Origin: an uncultured Thermodesulfobacteriaceae bacterium
GTDB lineage: Bacteria > Desulfobacterota > Dissulfuribacteria > Dissulfuribacterales > UBA3076
Length of the DNA: 64,000 nucleotides
Direction of reading: 5' to 3'
NCBI GenBank assembly: GCA_964646435.1
Contig: CAZYEJ010000006.1
Span: forward strand, 1,965-65,964
Below, piece after piece: positions 36,618 to 45,264 of the stretch. Position 1 is the stretch's first letter. Each line of letters opens with the position of its first letter. The notes under the pieces are model-generated. The model was not told the origin of the DNA, searched no databases, and saw nothing but the letters and a program-made list of their open reading frames with translations. The translations under genes and the position numbers were made by a program.

Positions 36618-37690
36618 ATTGAACCACCCCCAAGTACCAGATCATCCAGATAAAAGACTGCGAACTGACCTGGTGTTATGGCCCATTGGTCTGAGAAAAA
36701 GCAGACATGAACCTTGCCGGATTCCAGAAGTTCCAACTTTGCAGTGCCCCCTGCGTGACGATAGCGTATCTTTACTGTACATGGCTGTTTAAGGGCAATA
36801 TCAGGGGACACCAGCCAGTTAACATGTTCCACAAGGAATTCTCCTGCCCAGAGGTTATGCTCTTTCCCAACTACCAGCCGGTTGTTTTTCCTGTCCAGGG
36901 CAGCAACGTAATATGGCGTTTTATCCGGGACACCAATACCCTGTCTCTGGCCTACGGTATAGGCATATAGTCCTGCATGTCTTCCGAGCACCTTCCCGTC
37001 TACGGTGACAATGTCTCCGGGCAGGTTATTAAAAAGGCCTCTCTTTTCCAGAAAGGTCCGGTAATTACCTTTCAGGAAGCAAATCTCCTGGCTTTCTTTC
37101 TGCGCTAAAGCTAAAAGGCCTGTTTCAGCAGCCTGTTTCATTACATCTTTTTTGGTGCGGTCTCCAAGCGGGAATATCAACCTTGGAATGGCCTCTTTAG
37201 GTATCTGATGCAGAAAATATGACTGGTCTTTTTTTAGATCTTTTGCCTTGAAAAGGCCTGTCTGACTATTTAAAAACTTTTTTGCCCGGGCATAGTGGCC
37301 TGTGGCCAGATAATTAACACCAAGCGAGTCTGCCAGAGACAGGCCAATAACTACTTTGATCCTGTCATTGCATATTACGCAGGGGTTTGGGGTTAGCCCT
37401 TTATTGTAGGATTTTTTAAAATATGAGATTACCTCGTTCTCGAATTTTTCTGCTTCATTCAGACAGTGAAGTCTGATGCCGAGATGTTTTGCCACACTCT
37501 TTGCTGCAAGAAGACCTGTGCCGGGACATCCTTCTGGAAGGATATCAAGAAAAAATGCCTCAGTATGCCATCCGGCCTGAAGGAAATCATAGGCCGCAAA
37601 GGCGCTGTCCACCCCCCCGCTCAAGGCTACTAGAACAGATCTATTTTTTGGCTCTTGGCTTTGAGCTTTGAGCTTTGAGCTTTCCTGCAT
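36608..37690 (-). CDS. mnmA: tRNA 2-thiouridine(34) synthase MnmA, CxxC (Fe-S type) variant
   Basis: PP-loop SGGVDS, TPNPCVICN, SQEICF. Start is ATG 37690, or TTG 37696 directly abutting the upstream stop. Confidence 0.88.
   Translation of the reverse strand: MQESSKLKAQSQEPKNRSVLVALSGGVDSAFAAYDFLQAGWHTEAFFLDILPEGCPGTGLLAAKSVAKHLGIRLHCLNEAEKFENEVISYFKKSYNKGLTPNPCVICNDRIKVVIGLSLADSLGVNYLATGHYARAKKFLNSQTGLFKAKDLKKDQSYFLHQIPKEAIPRLIFPLGDRTKKDVMKQAAETGLLALAQKESQEICFLKGNYRTFLEKRGLFNNLPGDIVTVDGKVLGRHAGLYAYTVGQRQGIGVPDKTPYYVAALDRKNNRLVVGKEHNLWAGEFLVEHVNWLVSPDIALKQPCTVKIRYRHAGGTAKLELLESGKVHVCFFSDQWAITPGQFAVFYLDDLVLGGGSICE
37645..37685 (-). repeat. Tandem heptamers inside the mnmA 5' coding end
   Basis: Minus strand reads AAGCTCA x3 then AAGCCAA GAGCCAA, encoding SSKLKAQSQEP. 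Confidence 0.7.
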
Positions 37691-37696
37691 TCTCAA

Positions 37697-38125
37697 TCAG
37701 GCCAGGACTTTGTCCTTGCTGAATCGAATTTCCATAGCCCTCACAGGGCAGACTGCTACACAGAGTTCACACCCTGTACATTCTTTGGGGTCAAAGATCA
37801 CTTCCATAGTCTTTCGATCCATGTACAGTGCATGACTAGGGCAGATCCCGGTACAGGCACCACACTGGTAACATATGTCATCGTTTCTGCGAATTTCCTG
37901 TTCTACGGATTTTACGCTAACACCCAGATCCTTCAGATAGCGAATTCCCTCTCTTACATGTTTTTTGTGCCCGGTGAGTTCAAGTACCATTAGGCCTTCT
38001 AGGCCAGGGAGTATTTTTGCCTTAAGTATGTTAAAGGACAGATCATATTTGCGACTGAAATTACAGATCAGGGGTTTATCTGTGACCTCCGGCGGAAAGC
38101 GGAGAACAAGGACCTTTGTGTACAT
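37697..38125 (-). CDS. NIL-domain / 2x[4Fe-4S] ferredoxin fusion protein
   Basis: The N-terminal region contains the literal NIL tripeptide (LSFNILKAK). It is followed by CYQCGACTGICP and CTGCELCVAVCP. Confidence 0.8.
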   Translation of the reverse strand: MYTKVLVLRFPPEVTDKPLICNFSRKYDLSFNILKAKILPGLEGLMVLELTGHKKHVREGIRYLKDLGVSVKSVEQEIRRNDDICYQCGACTGICPSHALYMDRKTMEVIFDPKECTGCELCVAVCPVRAMEIRFSKDKVLA

Positions 38126-38130
38126 GTCAG

Positions 38131-38925
38131 TTATTCCTTAACTGCCTCTTCGCGGTACTGAATATAGGCATCTTTAAAAGCAGCATAAGGATCCAGTGCG
38201 GATTCTTTAAGGTCTTCGTATTCGCCGATGGAAAGGGATGTCTCGTTAACCACTTCATATGATCTGGCGCCCAAGGAAATATAAAAAGGTCTTATATAGC
38301 TGACAGGTTGAAGAAAACAGTCACCCACAAATCCTACTGAATCACGCAGGGTAGAAGGGCCGAGAATCGGCAAGACAATGTAAAAGCCATTGCCGATACC
38401 CCAGGTACCCAGGGTCTGTCCCGTGTCCTCCGGCGGTGGGTTCAGCCAGGGATACTTTTGGGCCGGATTGAAAAATCCAAGTATGCCGACTGTGCTGTTA
38501 AAGACAAATCGGCATGTACCCTGTCCAGCCCTCTTGAATTTGATCTGGAAGATATCGTTTACGAACCGCATAGGAAATCCGATGTTGTAAAAGAAGTTTT
38601 TAACTCTAATACGAACCGGTTCAGGAGTGATAAATCCATAACCACGGGCAACGGGTTTAAGAAATTTGAAGTAAAAGAAATCATTAAAGACAAAAATGCC
38701 CCTGTTAAGCCTTTCCAGGGGGTCACGTACATAAGGTACTGCTTCGTCTTCTTCTAAATCGTCTGTCCAGTCATCGTATTCATCCTGGGGGGCAGTCTCT
38801 TCGCCAGTATTTGCTGGTAGAGAAGTCCCCTGTGCAAGGACCTTTGGACAATTGGCATCATATCCGGCAAAGAAAAACAAAAATACCAGTGTGAAAGAGA
38901 TTAAAGCTGCGCGATTTACCTTCAA
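38131..38925 (-). CDS. mlaA: MlaA/VacJ-family lipoprotein
   Basis: DPLERLNRGIFVFNDFF...PVARGY...NFFYNIGFPMRFVNDIFQ. Confidence 0.88.
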   Translation of the reverse strand: MKVNRAALISFTLVFLFFFAGYDANCPKVLAQGTSLPANTGEETAPQDEYDDWTDDLEEDEAVPYVRDPLERLNRGIFVFNDFFYFKFLKPVARGYGFITPEPVRIRVKNFFYNIGFPMRFVNDIFQIKFKRAGQGTCRFVFNSTVGILGFFNPAQKYPWLNPPPEDTGQTLGTWGIGNGFYIVLPILGPSTLRDSVGFVGDCFLQPVSYIRPFYISLGARSYEVVNETSLSIGEYEDLKESALDPYAAFKDAYIQYREEAVKE

Positions 38926-38968
38926 GACTCACCTCCACATTTTCCGTTGAATAGAGCGGTTTAATCCG

Positions 38969-39574
38969 TTAGGGCTTTCCCTTGTTGACCTTATCACGTA
39001 ATTGCTGTAACAGGTCCTCTGGAGTCTTTTTCTGTAGGATCTTATTGAATTGGCTCCGGTAGTTCCTTACCAAACCCACGCCCTCTACAATGACATCGTA
39101 ACTCCTCCATTCTCCGTGTCTGTAAATGACTCTGTAATTTATCAGGATCTGCTCGGATGCCTTTACTATATTGGTTTCCACTTTTGCCTTGTTTTTGGAA
39201 AGCATCGTTGCCTTGCCATAGATTACCTTTTCGTCAGTATATTCCTGGATTCTATCCAAGTAGATATCTTCCAAAAATCTGGTAAACAGGCCGGAGAATT
39301 TATCCATCTGTTCAGGTGTAAATGCCTTCCTGTTTCTGCCGAGCGCCCTTCTGGAAATTTCATCATAATCAAAAAGTATCTCCGCAAGGGTCCTAAGTTT
39401 TTGACGCTGGACCTCTCTGGTCGACTCCTCTTTGTAGGCAGGGTCACGCAGGATGGTGAGTACTTCGTCTACCGAGGTCCTGACAAAATCAAGGGCTCCA
39501 TCAGTTTGAGTCGAAGCTGAAACCGGAAGGGCAAGAAAGAGAATAAGTAAAATTATTACAGATTGCCTTTTCAT
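38969..39574 (-). CDS. mlaC: MlaC/Ttg2D-family periplasmic lipid-binding protein
   Basis: Signal peptide. FDYDEISRRALGRNRKAFTPEQ...WRSYDVIVEGVGLVRNYRSQF. Confidence 0.85.
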   Translation of the reverse strand: MKRQSVIILLILFLALPVSASTQTDGALDFVRTSVDEVLTILRDPAYKEESTREVQRQKLRTLAEILFDYDEISRRALGRNRKAFTPEQMDKFSGLFTRFLEDIYLDRIQEYTDEKVIYGKATMLSKNKAKVETNIVKASEQILINYRVIYRHGEWRSYDVIVEGVGLVRNYRSQFNKILQKKTPEDLLQQLRDKVNKGKP

Positions 39575-39613
39575 ATTGCGCCTCTTTGAATATCAGATAA
39601 GGTCGAAAACAAA

Positions 39614-40060
39614 TTACACGCTCCCAAAAGTATATTTACTGATTAATTCCTCAAGGTCAATAGCTGATTCAGTTTCCGTAATGGTTTCGCCGGGCTGAAG
39701 TATAATATCAGAGCCGCCCGGCGTAATTTTGATAAATTTATCTCCAATCATGCCGCTTGTTTTGACTGATGCAATGGCGTCGTCTGTGATTTGAACATCC
39801 TTATGGATTTTGAGTCTCACCAAGGCCATCTCTCTTTCCAAATCCAGGCCGATTTTGCTGACACGCCCAATCTCAACACCGGCCATCTCCACGCTGCTAT
39901 CGGTTTTCAGACCGGAAACCGAATTGAAGCGTGCGTACAGGATGTAATTCTCTCCCCCGATAAGTTCCATCTTGCCCAACTTGATGGTAAAATAGCCAAC
40001 ACAAAGAAGACCGATAAAGACAAATATGCCCACGATTGTTTCCATGGAATACTTTTTCAT
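39614..40060 (-). CDS. mlaD: MlaD (single MCE domain, 148 aa)
   Basis: TM helix followed by SVSGLKTDSSVEMAGVEIGRV. Confidence 0.88.
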   Translation of the reverse strand: MKKYSMETIVGIFVFIGLLCVGYFTIKLGKMELIGGENYILYARFNSVSGLKTDSSVEMAGVEIGRVSKIGLDLEREMALVRLKIHKDVQITDDAIASVKTSGMIGDKFIKITPGGSDIILQPGETITETESAIDLEELISKYTFGSV

Positions 40061-41292
40061 GCTGTTTCACCGTGTTTTATACACTCGAGATGAGCGATTA
40101 TTTTTTGATGTGACAAGGCCTGTTCTATTAAGGAATCCATATCTGTCCCAGGTCCGGCTTCGGCCAGTCCGGCCAATATGGAAAAACTGAAACAGGCTTT
40201 AGGATAGCTTTTGGCCTGGAAAATTTCCTGTTTCTGCAGGTCTATTGCCAATTCATCGATGACCTGTTTGGCTTTTTTAAGACCTGTATGTGGCAGGACC
40301 ATCAGAATCTCGTTTTGACTATACCATGCAGAGGTATCTGCCGTGTCGAAATGGTCCTTTATAAGCATCGCAAGGCACTGGACAATTTGTTGGGCTGCTA
40401 TATGGCCGATATGCTTATTGATCTGTTCCAGATTATCTATGGTAAACATTATAACAGGAAAACTTTCCTGAAGACGGTTCACGCTGTCCATTTCCTGAAT
40501 GAGCATGTCCTTGACGTCTTGTTTGGTGTTCAATCCTGTCAGCTCATCCTTTAGGTTTGTCTGACCTTTGATGAATTCTTGAACGACCGGGTTTTCAGAC
40601 TGCTCAAGTTCTATGGGTGTGCCCTGGAAGGGAATCTTGCCCTTATCGATGATGGCGACACGATTAGAAATGAAAAAGACATCCGGGATATCGTGACTGA
40701 CCAGAACGGCTGTAAACCCAATTTTTTTCTGGTGATGTGCGATCATACCCAAGACCGCATTTTTGCGGAGTGGGTCAAGACCAGTGGTCGGTTCGTCAAA
40801 AAGGATGATCTTGGGTGCAGTGACGAGTGCCCTGGCCAAGGCTACACGCTTCTGCATGCCACCAGAGATCTGGGACGGGTACTTGTAGGTGACCTCGGAA
40901 AGCTCCATCTGATCAATTTTGGCCAGTACCTTGCTTTTTATAGCGTCTTCTCGCAGCCTGGTTTTTTCTCTGAGCGGCAGGGCAATATTTTCAAAAACCG
41001 TAAGTGAGTCAAACAGGGCGTTATTCTGGAACATGTAACTTGCCTGCCGTTTGAATGATTTTCGCTCTTTCCGGGTCAAGCCTTTGAGTTGCTTGCCATT
41101 GAAAAGGATTTTTCCCTCATCAGGCTTGAGCAGGCCAATGATGTGTTTGAGCAAGACGCTTTTGCCCTCTCCGCTTTTACCGATAATTGTCGTGATGTCA
41201 CCTTCAAAAATGGTAAGATTGAGCCTATCAAGGATAGTTCGGGTGCCAAACCGTTTGGTCACTTTTTTTAATTCTATCAGCGGAACAGTCAC
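40057..41292 (-). CDS. mlaF: MlaF-like ABC ATPase fused to a C-terminal degenerate GGDEF-like domain
   Basis: Residues 1-245 carry GKSGEGKS, QISGGMQKR and ILFDEPT. Residues about 248-411 read DELTGL...TIDNLEQINKHIGHIAAQQIVQ...SQNEILMVLPHT, which follows the GGDEF fold pattern with the catalytic residues replaced. Confidence 0.8.
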   Translation of the reverse strand: MTVPLIELKKVTKRFGTRTILDRLNLTIFEGDITTIIGKSGEGKSVLLKHIIGLLKPDEGKILFNGKQLKGLTRKERKSFKRQASYMFQNNALFDSLTVFENIALPLREKTRLREDAIKSKVLAKIDQMELSEVTYKYPSQISGGMQKRVALARALVTAPKIILFDEPTTGLDPLRKNAVLGMIAHHQKKIGFTAVLVSHDIPDVFFISNRVAIIDKGKIPFQGTPIELEQSENPVVQEFIKGQTNLKDELTGLNTKQDVKDMLIQEMDSVNRLQESFPVIMFTIDNLEQINKHIGHIAAQQIVQCLAMLIKDHFDTADTSAWYSQNEILMVLPHTGLKKAKQVIDELAIDLQKQEIFQAKSYPKACFSFSILAGLAEAGPGTDMDSLIEQALSHQKIIAHLECIKHGETA

Positions 41293-41299
41293 GACGTCC

Positions 41300-42106
41300 T
41301 CACAGGAGAAATGAAGTCAAGACATAGTCTACAACTAAAACCAATACGCATGAAAGAACCACCGCTGAAGTCGTAGCCAGGCTTACCCCTTTGGCACCAA
41401 AGCCGCCGGGACGCATATGCATAAAATAGCCCTGATAGCAACAGATAGTGGCGACTATTATCCCAAAAGCAAAGGCCTTGATAAAGCATCCTTTCACGTC
41501 TTGCATGGCTACATTGGGCTCGATGCGGTTAAAATAAATACCGGAATTGATGCCCAAAATGCAGACACCTGAAAGGTAGCCGCCTACGATCCCGATTACA
41601 TTAAAAATTGCAGTAAGCAAGGGAAAACTGATTAGAGATGCAACGATACGTGGACTGACCAGAAAGCGGATGGGATTGATGTCCATGGTCTCAAGTGCAT
41701 CGATCTGCTCGGAGATACGCATGATGCCAATCTCTGCAGCCATGGATGAACCTGCCCTGGCGATAATCATGAGTGCTGTCATGACCGGTCCCAATTCACG
41801 TATAAGTGAGAGCGCCACTACCGCGCCAAGCACTCCCTCTGATCCGAATTTAACCAGTGTATAGTAGCCCTGTAGCCCCAGGACCATGCCGGTGAAAAGG
41901 CCTACCAGAAGGATAATCAAGGTAGACTTGGCCCCGATGAAGAAGACCTGCTCTATGGTCTTGCGCACTTGAAGGGGCAGAGAAAAAATCAGGGCAATCG
42001 CGTGAATGAAAAAAAGCGCAATGGCCCCTAGTTCACCAAGAAAAGCAATAGAAACTTTGCCCAACCGGTTGAACGGTGCAAATATGGAATTGGTCGCTTG
42101 AGCCAT
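41300..42106 (-). CDS. mlaE: MlaE ABC permease
   Basis: IRELGPVMTALMIIARAGSSMAAEIGIMRISEQIDALETM. Confidence 0.9.
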   Translation of the reverse strand: MAQATNSIFAPFNRLGKVSIAFLGELGAIALFFIHAIALIFSLPLQVRKTIEQVFFIGAKSTLIILLVGLFTGMVLGLQGYYTLVKFGSEGVLGAVVALSLIRELGPVMTALMIIARAGSSMAAEIGIMRISEQIDALETMDINPIRFLVSPRIVASLISFPLLTAIFNVIGIVGGYLSGVCILGINSGIYFNRIEPNVAMQDVKGCFIKAFAFGIIVATICCYQGYFMHMRPGGFGAKGVSLATTSAVVLSCVLVLVVDYVLTSFLL

Positions 42107-42224
42107 AAAATCGTTTGATCAGTTTAGTTGAAATTATTAATACCGAAGACGGATTAACCCCCAATATGCTTGTAGATCAGTATCTTAATATTCGATAAAG
42201 CAAAAGTAAATAGTAGGCCCCTAC

Positions 42225-42938
42225 ATGCCGGAGTCTGAACCTTTGAACGTATACAAAAAAAACTTGTGGGTTCATGTTTCAGCCTGCTATCTTTGCTATA
42301 TGTTGCAACGCATGCCCAAAGATAAGATTCACGCTGCGGAAAATGAGTTCAATTTTCTCGATCCAATTTTACCGTCTGAAATAGGTTTCGACATAGACGG
42401 TGTAGTTGCCGATACCATGAAGGCCTTCATACGGGTAGCCAGAGAAGAGTTCGGCATCAATTACATCAGCAAAGAGCAAATAACCTCTTACTGGATCGAG
42501 GAATGCCTGCCTATACCACTTGACATAATTGAAACCATTATTAATCGTCTCCTTGCAGATCCTTTTGGCATTGATCTTGAGCCGCTTCCAGGGGCAAAAG
42601 AGGTCTTACTGAGACTTGCCGCCCACAGTAGGCTCACCTTTGTAACAGCCAGGCCGGCGAAAGAACCAATTGAGGCCTGGCTGGTCTCTCTCCTTTCCGA
42701 GGTGCCACGTGGAGACATCAGGGTGATCGCCACAGGTCATCACTCGGCAAAGGCCGAACTGCTTGAGGAACTGAAGCTTAAGTATTTTATTGATGACCAT
42801 CCGGAGACCTGCCAGGATCTCCACAAAAGAGGAATCAGGACCATTGTCTTCGACCAGCCATGGAACAGGGGACATACACCTTTTTTGAGAATCAGTTCCT
42901 GGAAAGATCTTTCAGGTATCATAAAAATGTCCTCTTGA
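42225..42938 (+). CDS. HAD-family 5'(3')-deoxyribonucleotidase-like protein
   Basis: IGFDIDGVVADT (motif I) and FIDD (motif IV region). The true start is probably the internal ATG near 42300-42312. Confidence 0.6.
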   Translation: MPESEPLNVYKKNLWVHVSACYLCYMLQRMPKDKIHAAENEFNFLDPILPSEIGFDIDGVVADTMKAFIRVAREEFGINYISKEQITSYWIEECLPIPLDIIETIINRLLADPFGIDLEPLPGAKEVLLRLAAHSRLTFVTARPAKEPIEAWLVSLLSEVPRGDIRVIATGHHSAKAELLEELKLKYFIDDHPETCQDLHKRGIRTIVFDQPWNRGHTPFLRISSWKDLSGIIKMSS

Positions 42939-42964
42939 TAGCTGGATAATACGCAAAAAAAGGA

Positions 42965-43030
42965 GTAACTTTTCAATAAGTTGGGGTAAACAAGGATCAG
43001 CGCACTTACCCAAACTTATTGAGAAGTTAC
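42965..43030. repeat. Palindromic element, family R7 short form
   Basis: GTAACTTTTCAATAAGTTGGGGTAA-N16-TTACCCAAACTTATTGAGAAGTTAC. Confidence 0.75.
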
Positions 43031-43053
43031 AAAAAGGACACCAAATCATAAAA

Positions 43054-43851
43054 ATGAATGAAAAAATCGTGGAAGAACTGAAAAACTGGTTCACTAGTTA
43101 TATCCAGAAATTTAAATCTGGGAATCCCGACTGGCAATCAAACATAATACTGAAAGAAGAACATACCAGACGAGTATGCAAAGAAATTTTGGATATTGGG
43201 AGAAAAATTGGATTAAGTAATGAAGACCTTTGCCTGGCTGAGGTAATTGCCCTTTTTCACGATATTGGCCGCTTTGAACAGTTTGCCCATTATCAGACCT
43301 TTGTGGATCGCAATTCCGTGAATCATGCCGTGCTTGGTGTAAAAATACTTAAAGAAAACGGGGTATTGAACAGGCTTGATAAATCATTACGAGATCTGAT
43401 TCTGCGAGCAATCTTATACCACAACCGTTTTGCTCTACCTAAAAAAGAGACGGAAAAATGCCTTTTATTTGCAAAATTGCTGCGCGATGCCGACAAACTG
43501 GATATATGGCGGGTGGTTACCGATTACTACCGCCGGAAAGATAGAAAACGAAATGCTGCAATTGAGCTTGGCCTTCCCGACACCCCTGGGATTTCAAGTG
43601 ATGTCTATAGGGATTTGATGGACGGAAGGATCGTAAATGTTACGCATCTTAAAAATCTAAATGATTTTAAGCTTCTTCAAATTGGGTGGATCTATGATAT
43701 CAACTTTGTGCAAACCTTCCAATGTGTTCAGGAGAGGGGCTATCTGGAAATGATCCGTGATGTCCTGCCTGAATCGGAAAAAATCGCAGAGATTTTTAGT
43801 GTGCTCCAAGCCCACATGAATGAGCAAATCCGGGGAAAGAAGATCTGCTGA
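43054..43851 (+). CDS. HD (HDIG-type) metal-dependent phosphohydrolase
   Basis: EHTRRV, LFHDIGRFEQ, NHAVLG, LYHN and DADKLD. Confidence 0.75.
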   Translation: MNEKIVEELKNWFTSYIQKFKSGNPDWQSNIILKEEHTRRVCKEILDIGRKIGLSNEDLCLAEVIALFHDIGRFEQFAHYQTFVDRNSVNHAVLGVKILKENGVLNRLDKSLRDLILRAILYHNRFALPKKETEKCLLFAKLLRDADKLDIWRVVTDYYRRKDRKRNAAIELGLPDTPGISSDVYRDLMDGRIVNVTHLKNLNDFKLLQIGWIYDINFVQTFQCVQERGYLEMIRDVLPESEKIAEIFSVLQAHMNEQIRGKKIC

Positions 43852-43855
43852 AAAA

Positions 43856-43953
43856 ATGAAAAAACAGAAATAGCCGTTGAATGTCCGGTACTGGATATTC
43901 GTTTTTCGTTCGATGTTGGACGTTCGATGTTCGATGCTCGACGTCCATCTTTT
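43856..43953 (+). repeat. R6 right-arm module with an ATG..TAG 6-codon scar
   Basis: ATGAAAAAACAGAAATAG followed by GCCGTTGAATGTCCGGTACTGGATATTCGTTTTTCGTTCGATGTTGGACGTTCGATG.... It is homologous to 34068-34139. Confidence 0.65.
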
Positions 43954-43963
43954 AATTTGCGGG

Positions 43964-45256
43964 TTACCCTGTAATCCTTTGCCAGTGTTGCCAGAAAGAT
44001 GGAAAGGATTTTCGGACGCAGTCAGGATCTTTGATCCTGATACCCGGGATTCTCAGTCCAGCCACTGCAAAGGCCATGGCTATCCGGTGATCGTCATAAG
44101 TGTCTATCAGTGATCCATGCATGTCCCGGGTCCCCTCAATGATGAGCCCATCCTCCAGTTCCTTCACTGATGCCCCTATTTTGGAGAGTTCCTGTGCCAC
44201 TGCCTTCAGCCTGTCTGTCTCTTTTATTCTCAGGTGGGCTACATTCTTGATGATAGTCGTACCTCGGGCAAAGGCAGCAACTATGGCAAGAGTCGGGACC
44301 ATATCAGGCCATCTGCCCATGTCCACTTCTATGGCCTTAAGCATGCCACTGGGAGGTCCCTGGACTGTAACTCCCTCTGGATCTTTTTTTACAGAACAAC
44401 CCATGCTGACCAGAAGGTCAGCAAAAGCCGCATCGCCCTGAAGGGCGTCCGATGGTATATTTTCCACTGCAATTCTACCCCCTGTGACGGCTGCTGCTGC
44501 CCAGAAATAGGAGGCACTCGATGCATCTCCCTCAATTTGATATTTTCTGGCCTTATAAGTCATATGAGGTACAAGGAAAGAGTCACCTTTCTCCTGTACT
44601 TTCACCCCGAAGGCGGCCATAACGGCCAGGGTAAGATCTATATAAGGTCTGGATACCAGAGTGCCGTCCAGGGTGATTTTGGCCGAATTCCTGGCAACTG
44701 GGGCTACAAGCAGCAGTGAGGAAAGGTACTGACTGCTCTTCGAGGCAGAAAGCAGGGTTTCTCCGCCTTCAAGTCCATGGGCCTTGATTTCTACCGGAGG
44801 GCAACCGGTGTTCTCAACACTCCTTGCATCAGCTCCCCAGGCCTTCAACGCATCGAGTAGAGGCCCTATGGGTCTTTCGGCCATTCGTTCGGTACCTGTG
44901 AGCCTGTAAGTGCCTTGACCGAGGGCTACAAGAGAGGTCAGAAAGCGTATCCCTGTACCATTGTTGCCGAGATAGAGGTCCTGGCTTACAGGCAAGATTC
45001 TTCCGCCTTGGCCATCAACTGTCCAGTCAATTCCTTTATCCTTTATGGAAATTCCCAAACAGGACAGGGCATTTCTGAGAAACTTGGTATCTTCACTGTC
45101 TAAGGGGCCTTTCAGCTCGCTCTTTCCTTCAACTAAAGAGGCTACTACCAGGGCCCGCTGGGTAATGCTCTTCGATCCGGGCACTCTTATCTTGGCCATT
45201 ATTCCAGACCCGGGTTGACGAATTTCCATAAACTTATCTTTTGAAGATAGAATCAT
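43964..45256 (-). CDS. aroA: 3-phosphoshikimate 1-carboxyvinyltransferase (EPSP synthase)
   Basis: PGSKSITQRAL, LGNNGTGIRFL and RIKETDRL. Confidence 0.93.
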   Translation of the reverse strand: MILSSKDKFMEIRQPGSGIMAKIRVPGSKSITQRALVVASLVEGKSELKGPLDSEDTKFLRNALSCLGISIKDKGIDWTVDGQGGRILPVSQDLYLGNNGTGIRFLTSLVALGQGTYRLTGTERMAERPIGPLLDALKAWGADARSVENTGCPPVEIKAHGLEGGETLLSASKSSQYLSSLLLVAPVARNSAKITLDGTLVSRPYIDLTLAVMAAFGVKVQEKGDSFLVPHMTYKARKYQIEGDASSASYFWAAAAVTGGRIAVENIPSDALQGDAAFADLLVSMGCSVKKDPEGVTVQGPPSGMLKAIEVDMGRWPDMVPTLAIVAAFARGTTIIKNVAHLRIKETDRLKAVAQELSKIGASVKELEDGLIIEGTRDMHGSLIDTYDDHRIAMAFAVAGLRIPGIRIKDPDCVRKSFPSFWQHWQRITG

Positions 45257-45264
45257 GTAAGTGC

